Source: Macrostomum lignano (lineage: Eukaryota). From it: DNA of 64,000 bases. Every line of letters begins with the position of its first letter. Position 1 is the first letter of the stretch. Both the position numbers and the translations under genes were made by a program. Below are positions 55,901 through 64,000 of the stretch, in pieces. The DNA is taken from contig NIVC01000118.1 in assembly GCA_002269645.1 (NCBI GenBank), positions 1 to 64,000 on the forward strand, in the 5' to 3' direction. The notes under the pieces are model-generated. The model did not search any database. It was not told where the DNA came from and saw nothing but the letters and a program-made list of their open reading frames with translations.

Positions 55901-57229
55901 ATGTATGACAGAGTTGGAGCCTGTCGTCAGCGGCCAGAAGACAACACTTCGGAGATCGCTGAGTGGGTAATTCGTCTCTTAGGCGCCGTCATCATTGTTG
56001 GCGGCGTGCCCTGCAACCTGGCGGCGGCCTACATCCAAGGCACGGAGAGGTCCAACCGAGTCACCACTCGCTTCCTGATGGTCTGCCTTGCGCTGAGTGA
56101 CAGCGGAGTCCTCCTCCTAGCGGTGGTGCGCTACTGGATCCGGGAGACGTTTAACATTGATTTGCGCGATCTGCACCCTTTTATCTGCCGCTTCCACCAG
56201 CCAGTAGTGGCCACGGTCAGCGACGTCGCTGTGTACACCCTGTGCGCCATCGGAGTTGAGCGCTTCGTCGTGGTTGCGTTCCCGTACCGGGTGCAGCAGA
56301 TTCTGACTACTCGCAACTTTAGCCTGTCGTTCGGCGCGATGGTGCTGGCGCTGCTGGTTAAAAATATGCCGCTGTCATTCTTTCTGCACACCAGCAAATG
56401 CTACCGGCTGCTCAACTCCAGCCTGACAGAACAGAACGAGACAGACCTGGCCGAGATGGAAGCTGGCATTGACTACCAGCTGGTGGACAAGTGCGACTAC
56501 AATCAGGACTTTGCGAAGTTCTTCATCAACCTGGACATGGTCACCTACCTGATTCTGCCCTACACTATTCTGCTGTTTTGCAACATCTACATCTATACCG
56601 CCATGCGACGTCAGAGCGCTGCAATGCGTCGCCATGCTCAGCCGACTGCCACAAACCAGCGGGCCGATAAGGGCAAAGCGGCTGACCAGGAGGTTCTCAA
56701 CCCGAAGCGTCAGGGCGCATCGGCTGGAAACGCAGCCAGCAACGTTGAGAAGAAACGAGAGGCTGCTCGTCGCAAGCCGGAGAGTATCATGAAGATCCTG
56801 GCTGTGCTCACCGTGATCCACATTATCACCACCTTGCCAGCTTCCATTGCTCAGAAGCTGAAAGTCTACGGCGATAAAAACTCGATCAGCGGTGCCACAA
56901 ACAATGCTCTCAAGACGCTTATGTTCGCCAACAATGCCACCAACTTTCTGGCTTATTTTATCTCCTCAACTGCGTTCAGACGCCGCGTGATGAACGCTTG
57001 TCCGTGGCGCAGGTCGTCCAACGGTTCAAGCGTCAACGGCGATGGCAAGAAAGCCCGAAGACGTCAGCAGGGGAGTCCCGAGGCGGAGCAGTCAGCAGAG
57101 CTGCCGATGCTGCGGATGACAACAACAGCTGCAAAGGCTGCGCCGTCGACTGAGGTGGCCGACCGGGACAGCCGCGAGGTAGTGGCCGCGCTGATCTCGG
57201 CTGAAGTGCCAGCCATGGAAGATGACTGA
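55901..57229 (+). CDS. Intronless rhodopsin-class orphan peptide GPCR (FMRFamide-receptor-like type), 442 aa
   Basis: Seven hydrophobic segments, LALSD, C in TM3, GVERFVVVAFP, YLILPYTILLFCN, TTLP, NNATNFLAYFISSTAFRR. Confidence 0.9.
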   Translation: MYDRVGACRQRPEDNTSEIAEWVIRLLGAVIIVGGVPCNLAAAYIQGTERSNRVTTRFLMVCLALSDSGVLLLAVVRYWIRETFNIDLRDLHPFICRFHQPVVATVSDVAVYTLCAIGVERFVVVAFPYRVQQILTTRNFSLSFGAMVLALLVKNMPLSFFLHTSKCYRLLNSSLTEQNETDLAEMEAGIDYQLVDKCDYNQDFAKFFINLDMVTYLILPYTILLFCNIYIYTAMRRQSAAMRRHAQPTATNQRADKGKAADQEVLNPKRQGASAGNAASNVEKKREAARRKPESIMKILAVLTVIHIITTLPASIAQKLKVYGDKNSISGATNNALKTLMFANNATNFLAYFISSTAFRRRVMNACPWRRSSNGSSVNGDGKKARRRQQGSPEAEQSAELPMLRMTTTAAKAAPSTEVADRDSREVVAALISAEVPAMEDD

Positions 57230-60200
57230 AAAAACAAGCAGCAACACGAGGTTCAGGAAAACTCTGAAACGCTTGTGATCTGTGTCGTACCGTCTTATAG
57301 TGATGTGCGCGTCTGTTAGTTTTACAGAACTCTCTGGACCTTTGCAGTTCGATGATGCGTCATTTTCTGTGCTTAGTATAGCTGTTATTTATAGTATTAA
57401 AATCGGAACTTGCATAAAGTCCTCCTGTCACGGCGGTTAACTCAAACGAGTTTGACCGAAAGAACTCTACCGTGGACTGCCTACGTTGGCAACCAAAATG
57501 ATAGTATGATTCCACACTAGTGGCGTCATTCTACTTAAGTAATCCCTCATGAGCTCTTTGAGTTTAAATCAGTTTGCTTGTTGTATTTGTTTGTCCTTGT
57601 CCTGAACTAATTTTGTCGCATTAATGTCTCCACGCTGTTTTGTGCTTTCCGTCTGTCACAGTGAATTGTTCTTCACGTTTGCGTCAGGCGGCATATTGTG
57701 AAATAAAATTGTGTATTTTTTGCTGTTTAATAACCGTAAAAAAGCCACCAGTTTCTAGTAGTGAATAACGATCTTGCTTCATACCTGGTTCAGGTGTCCG
57801 AAATCGGAAAAAAATTACTCAAACTCTGAAGACGATTGTCATGACTCTGTCGCTTCATAAATGCGGCAAGGAAGGACTAAAGACAGCCCATATCTGACGT
57901 GCACGCAAGCGTGTTTTTCTTCTCAAATAAAGTTAAACTTTATTCCATAAGGGATCATATATCCCCATAGGCTGCAACGGGTTATGACTGACTTTCCCGT
58001 GCAGCGCTTCAGCCAAAGTTCAAACTTGAGGGTCCAGTCGCGTGACAGCACATAAGGGTGACGCTGCCAACTTGCTTGCTGGTAAAATGTAGCACTTCTT
58101 TTGATAGTTACAATTGGAACAGCTATAGCGAATCATCACTTTCTGGCAAGCTAAACCTGTTGCAACAATTGTACCTGTTTCGTGGAAAGACTATCGAATA
58201 TAAAAGGCTGCTCAGCTTGGAAATAACAGTGTACTCTACCAGCCCAGTTTGGGGCGTCGTTGTAGTTGCCATGACATGACAGCTTCAGGATATTGGAGAG
58301 CAAACAAAGATGGCTATACAGCTATTGTCAGGGACGAAGACTCGCTATGCATCGGCAAACACAGGAGGAGAGAGAGAAAAACTGTGCTATTGGAAGAAGC
58401 TGCGGCGCGAGCAGTTATGTATGCAGAGTTTTCCGCTTCTGGGGGGAGGGACTTAAGCTAGTCACTTTCGATTAGTAACCCGAGGACGGCTTAAGACAAG
58501 TATTGTTTAGGTGGCAGAACAGCTCATTAGTAAACGCGTTTCACTCTAGCGCCCACGAATTTGGTTCGATTCCTGACGCTTGGAAAATCGCAAGACAATT
58601 TTACATGCATGCACACCCCGTGTGAGCGTGTGTACATGTATAAGTGTGTGCCTGCGTGCGTTAAGTATTTGAGTATTGTATGCTCAGAGTCAGTGGAATG
58701 GGCAGTATCGATCTTCCTAATTGTATTCCTTGTTAACACCTCCTACGCTCAGGTACAGTGTAGACCCCGACTTAATATGGACATGGTTTAACCCCCCCCC
58801 CCAATTGCTACTTCAAACTTTACCTAATAATTAATTTATCGTTTCTACAAAGACAAAGAACAAAGGTGAAAGAAACTGCGGAAATTAAATATACATGTAA
58901 TGGGTCACGTGTCTGGTTAGTGGAACCGGATATTGGATTGGGTTAATTAAGATCGGCCGGCGTCAAAGGGCTGCAACAGGTCGCGGGGTGCTAAGCAAGA
59001 GATGAGCCCACATGTAGCTACCATAAGGCTAACGTAGATGAATCTTGTTTAATCCAAAAAAGGCATTTGTTGCAACTCGGCTAAGTAGACGCTATCTTAC
59101 CTTAATACCCAAAACTTTACTAGTAGATTAGGAACAAGTAAAGAGTTTGCTGAGGATCATTTCTGAAAGAAACTTGCTGAACAGGCGAATCAGACTCAGA
59201 GAAAGCACATGTATTTAATTTAATTTAGTTGCAACCCAGGAGTTCACAAGGTGAGACACGGGTTTTGCTAATTTAGAGAGCAAAGTCCCTGAAAACATTG
59301 TATATGTAACTAGCTAACCTATTTGGCAGCAATTCCCAAGTGCTGGCGTCCATATGCTTCCTATTTGGTTTTTACTACGTACAATTTAGGGCATTTCAAA
59401 GGGCCGGCAGAGTTCAATTTTCAGCATAGACGAAGAACTGAAAGAACGACGTGTTTTTAATCGAAAATTTACATTACAGTCAGTTTGAAGACTTAAATTT
59501 TTATCAGATAAAAGTTAGGCAGTGGGAGAGTAGGGAGCAGAACTTTGATGAGCGCTTCAAATTACAGTCTCGCTCCAGTGCGGCTGGAAATTACATCCGC
59601 TCAGTACAGTACATGTAATGTTTTTTAAAAAGAAATTTGAGCAGTGCAGACGACAGCATGCAATCTTGGCCAGTCTTATCCAACTCCTGCCGAACCTGCC
59701 ATGGCCATACGCAGCACTTATCGGAAATTGCATTCATTCAGATGGACTCTGGTCGTGCTAAGTCAATTATAAAGTTCACCATCAAGTTCTATTGGTTCCT
59801 AGATATTTAAGTTCGGAGAATTGTATTGGAGAACTTCCCAGGTGCTACAAGACAAACCTCGTGATCTTCCGTAGTATTTTCCAAATGTAGCTTGTTGCAA
59901 CCTTACTAACAAGATGACGAGTTCCTTTAGGTTTTACTCGTACGCTGGCAGCATCGCGAAGGGTTTTCATGCAGTCAGAACTGCAGACTGCAGTCTTTCG
60001 CCCTCCATAGGACAGAACAGAAAATACCCGAACTGGCAGCTGATATGAGGCTTGAATAATTACCCGCAGGCCTCCGAAACCTTAGCAGAGACAGCTGCTG
60101 ACGATGCCAATTAACAGCGCTAAAAGGAAGCTTATTGAAGCGCCTGCACTCCATTTCGTAATTACCATCTTGAAGACAGACTTCGACCGTCACAATCCCA

Positions 60201-60258
60201 TTCAACTGACTAGCACGATAAGGCATACACTGGATGTGCAGTGGCAAATGGTTGTGCA

Positions 60259-60500
60259 GGGGGTTGTATAGCCTAGTGGCTAGAGCGTCGGGCTCACGAC
60301 TTGAAGGTCGGGGGTTCGATCTTTGATCCCACTGGAACAATTTGTGTCCTGGAGCAAGACACTTAACTCTGCATTGCTTCAGTTCAGCCAGCTGTAAAAT
60401 GGGTGCTAGCATTGGCTTGGGTAATTGAGGCTGTGTGTGGCGACCCCCCAGTCCTTGGACTGAACAGCCTTACGCAGCCTTTGGATTTGCCTTTGGATAG
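60259..60500 (+). mobile_element. Second copy of the CORE-like tRNA SINE
   Basis: Aligns with 48747-48950 (GACTTGAAGGTCGGG, GGAACAATTTGTGTCC, GCAAGACACTTAACTCTGCATTGCTTCAGTTCA, GTGTGTGGCGACCCCCCAGTCCTTGGACTGAACAGCC). Confidence 0.85.
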
Positions 60501-61564
60501 GTGTAACCAATTATGATTATTATTGGCAAATCCACATGCACTCTGTGTCTTACTCACAGTGTCTGCCCCCCTTTGTTTGTGGAATAACAGTCAGACATGC
60601 TGACTTCTCATCTCAGAATTGAGAAGAAAGCTGATAAACAGACACGATCCCTACTCGCCGTCCAATGCTCAAAGCTGAAGCGCGAGAAAATTGTTTCAAT
60701 GTGTTTTTGTTCAATGTTTTCAGCGAGTCGAACCGAAAGTATCAGCAAAGACTGCATCATTATTTTTATTTATAGTATGTATAAATTTTGTATCAGCAGA
60801 ACCTCCGCCACAGCTGTCACGACAGGGGCTTACCGTGCCGTATCTTGCCTCGGCAGTTGTGCCACATCCAATTCCATGTTTTTTATCTAAACATATAGAA
60901 TGCATAGCATTCTCTCTGCTTCTCAGCCGGAAATTCCCCAGCGGGGGTACGGAGTCGCAGTGATCTATCTGTCTATCCCCCGGACTCCCCAGCCCATGCC
61001 GATCGGACAAGCAGGGGATTAGCGCCCGATAATCCGCGGGCGCAATGCCAGGACCAGCTGCCTCATCAACGCGGCAATCTGCAGGAGACACACGTCAACC
61101 ATTTCCTACGTCAGAAAACAACAAAATTACCTTTTTGTTAGCTTGGAAATTAATTAAACACTCAGGCAAAGTGTTCTGACAGAATTCTGCTGTACAACCT
61201 ATTATAATTTAATTATGAAAATAATTGTTAATGAAAATTTGCTAGATAAATTGCAGCGTTTTAATTAGAGAAAATTTGGCACATAACTACGAGTATAGCG
61301 ATCAATGATGTCAGACAAACCGATGAATGTGAAATTATAATGAAAACGCTAAAATTGTTCGCAAATATATGGAAGACTACAAAAGCATGACTAAAGTGTA
61401 ATTTATAATTCTATCGAACGAGAAGTTCAACAATAATACTTGGAATTATAAAGAGTAAAAGCAAAAAACCTTAAAATATTGATGTATCGAATAAAAAAGA
61501 AGACCAATCGAAGTGAGTCCTGACACAGATGAAATTGCAGAGTAGGGACTTCAGCCAGCTTAGT

Positions 61565-61750
61565 GACTGAGGATCTGGGAGGCTGGCCCAGCAACTGGGG
61601 ATCTGGGAGGCTGGCCCAGCAACTGAGGATCTGGGAGGCTGGCCCAGCAACTGGGGATCTGGGAGGCTGGCCCAGCAACTGAGGATCTGGGAGGCTGGCC
61701 CAGCAACTGAGGATCTGGGAGGCTGGCCCAGCAACTGAGGATTTGGGAGG
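61565..61750. repeat. 28-bp minisatellite (GGGAGGCTGGCCCAGCAACTGAGGATCT)
   Basis: Direct reading; begins ~10 nt after the SNX stop. Confidence 0.95.
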
Positions 61751-61758
61751 GTACAAAC

Positions 61759-62230
61759 CTATAGAGCGACCTCCTCCAAGAGAGCCAAGAGCCAGCCGTA
61801 CAGCAGGGCCTTATTAGCCACCTGGCTGCAGGTGAACATCCAGTGCAGGAAGGCCACCCCCTGCCTGGCGCTCCGCTCGCCCAGCAGCAGCAGCGCCGGC
61901 TCCGGGAGGCTGGCCTGCATCAGCTGCAGGCACCGCGCCGATTCTGAGCCGTCCTGTCGCCGCTGCTCGAAGTCGTCATGACGAGAGGCCGCTGCCTCCG
62001 CTGGTGGCCACAGGGTGTCCCGCAGCGCGCTCAAGTAGGACAGCGAAGCCTCCGGCCCCGTCCAGGCCGCCAGGAGGTCGCGGCACCAGCGCTCTGCGGT
62101 GGTCTGGCCGCCGGCGTGCATGGCGAACAGGTGCAGCAGGCGGCGGGGCGCGCTGGACGAGCCAGCGAGGTCGAAGACGGCGTCGGCCAGATGAAAGACG
62201 GCGTCGGCGAGCGGCTCCGGCGGCTGCTGC
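61759..62230 (-). CDS. PXA-type sorting nexin (SNX13/14/19/25 family), C-terminal Nexin_C exon
   Basis: CCTCCAG acceptor. YLSALRDTLWP, LPEPALLLLG..ARQG..FLH, NKALLYGWLLALL. Confidence 0.8.
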
Positions 62231-62269
62231 CTGGAGGATTGACGAATGATGAAGGATTAGTGATCTGAG

Positions 62270-63260
62270 GATTGGTGATCTGAGGATTAGTGATCTGAGG
62301 ATTAGTGATCTGAGGATTAGTGATCTGAGGATTGGTGAACTGAGGATTGTTGAACTGAGGATTGGTGATCTAAGGATTAGTGATCTGAGGATTGGTGATC
62401 TGAGGATTGGTGAACTGAGGATTGTTGAACTGAGGATTGGTGAACTGAGGATTAGTGATCTGAGGATTGGTGATCTGAGGATTGGTGATCTGAGGATTAG
62501 TGATCTGAGGATTAGTGATCTGAGGATTGGTGATCTGAGGATTAGTGATCTGAGGATTGGTGATCTGAGGATTGGTGATCTGAGGATTAGTGATCTAAGG
62601 ATTAGTGATCTGAGGATTGGTGATCTGAGGATTAGTGATCTGAGGATTGTTGATCTGAGGATTGGTGATCTGAGGATTGGTGATCTGAGGATTGGTGATC
62701 TGAGGATTAGTGATCTGAGGATTGGTGATCTGAGGATTGGTGATCTAAGGATTAGTGATCTGAGGATTGGTGATCTGAGGATTGGTGATCTGAGGATTAG
62801 TGAACTGAGGATTAGTGATCTGAGGATTAGTGATCTGAGGATTGGTGAACTGAGGATTGGTGAACTGAGGATTAGTGATCTGAGGATTGGTGAACTGAGG
62901 ATTGGTGAACTGAGGATTGGTGAACTGAGGATTGGTGAACTGAGGATTGGTGAACTGGGGATTAATGAACTGAGGATTAATGAACTGAGGATTGGTGAAC
63001 TGAGGATTGGTGAACTGGGGATTAGTGAACTGGGGATTAGTGAACTGGGGATTAATGAACTGAGGATTGGTGAACTGAGGATTGGTGAACTGAGGATTGG
63101 TGAGCTGAGGATTAGTGAACTGGGGATTAATGAACTGAGGATTAGTGAACTGGGGATTAGTGAACTGGGGATTAATGAACTGAGGATTAGTGAATAGTGG
63201 ATTAGTGAACGGAGGATTGGTGAACGGATGGTTGGTGAACAGATGGTTGGTGAACGGATA
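62270..63260. repeat. 15-bp minisatellite (TGAGGATTAGTGATC) in SNX intron
   Basis: Direct reading; ends ~35 nt before the acceptor. Confidence 0.97.
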
Positions 63261-63580
63261 ATTGTGTTAAGATAGATGAGTTGCAGGAGGTGTAATTGCA
63301 AATATATTCTATTTTGATAGGTGAATCCGTATGCCTCTCCTGAATTTCCCTGGTGAACGCAGTTAGCACAACTCATAAAAAAGACGTCACTATAATGAGG
63401 CATAATATATCTAACAGGTGTTCTATAAGTACCAAGCATAAAAATAGCCTGTTTAATTTCCTAAAAACCGAGCCAACCATCTGTCTTAGCAAAGCTGATA
63501 ATCTTTTTATAAATCTATGAATTTAATAACGGAAATGACTTTCTGAGCCGTCAAACATCCAAATGAAAACTTTTTCGCAC

Positions 63581-64000
63581 CTGGCTGCTGAAGATGAGGC
63601 CTGAGACTGTTTCTGCTGCAGCTGCTGGCTAGCAGAGATGGACTTCAGAGACGGGGAGATGCACAGCGGGCCAAGACCGTCGGCTGCCGCCGCTGTCGAA
63701 ACAGGCAAAGGCGGCAACGGCGGCGGCTTTGGCAGATCGTGCGATGATCGGGGATGAGCAGTATAGGCAGACTCGGTGAGCAGTCGATGCAGCGAGTCGC
63801 AAGCGCAGGCCACCGGATCGGAGAGCGCCGCGTTCAAGTAGGCCTCGGCCGATTCTGGCCCCGGGCGGGACAGAGCTCGAGAGATTCCGGCCGACGATCG
63901 TCTTGCCGATGCCGACGATAGCAGCTGGCTGAGCTCAACGCTGAGCCGGCGAACCGACTCCAGCGACACGCTGACCTGCCAGCCGATGCAGTCCCCAGCT
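63581..64000 (-). CDS. Sorting nexin exon with degenerate PX domain; continues beyond the window
   Basis: Open frame from the window edge: WQVSVSLESVRRL...AEAYLNAALSDPVACACDSLHRLL. Donor AG|GTGCG is in phase with the Nexin_C exon. Confidence 0.7.

Noticed and set aside
61976-63439. 487-aa SPILR-repeat ORF
   Set aside because: It is a translation of the 15-bp intronic array running out of frame into the SNX exon.

Overview
Eukaryotic (animal) genomic DNA that is extremely rich in micro- and minisatellites and has GC3-rich exons. The overall style resembles the flatworm Macrostomum lignano, but that is an inference and not proven. Genes supported by the sequence: a degenerate SH2-like exon (-, ~3 kb); an ~8.9 kb sacsin-like gene broken by probable 1-bp indels (2 GHKL/SRR repeats, an HPD-less J-like segment and a HEPN domain); a 4-exon TRH-receptor-like GPCR (-); CCDC151/ODAD3 (-, 3 exons); a cluster of three intronless genes for secreted ~190-aa proteins with a reduced noggin/trunk/IL-17-type cystine-knot-like C-terminus; an intronless orphan rhodopsin-class peptide GPCR (+); and the 3' exons of a PXA-type sorting nexin (-). 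Mobile DNA: a TIR element carrying a Ty3/Gypsy RT fragment, a 5'-truncated RTE-type LINE with a TSD, a decayed Penelope-like element with a possible vestigial hammerhead, an internally deleted Tc1 with a nested fold-back MITE, a Crypton-like remnant and CORE-like tRNA SINEs. The most striking unexplained signals are: (1) the secreted cystine-knot-like cluster, in which two copies are 99.4% identical only up to the stop codon; (2) an 8-bp motif, CCATAGAC, found 16 times in 9.5 kb across seemingly unrelated elements, twice as inverted pairs with an identical 41-nt spacer; (3) the unusual C-terminus of the sacsin; and (4) minisatellites that sit at splice sites, some of them built from CRE or CCAAT sites.
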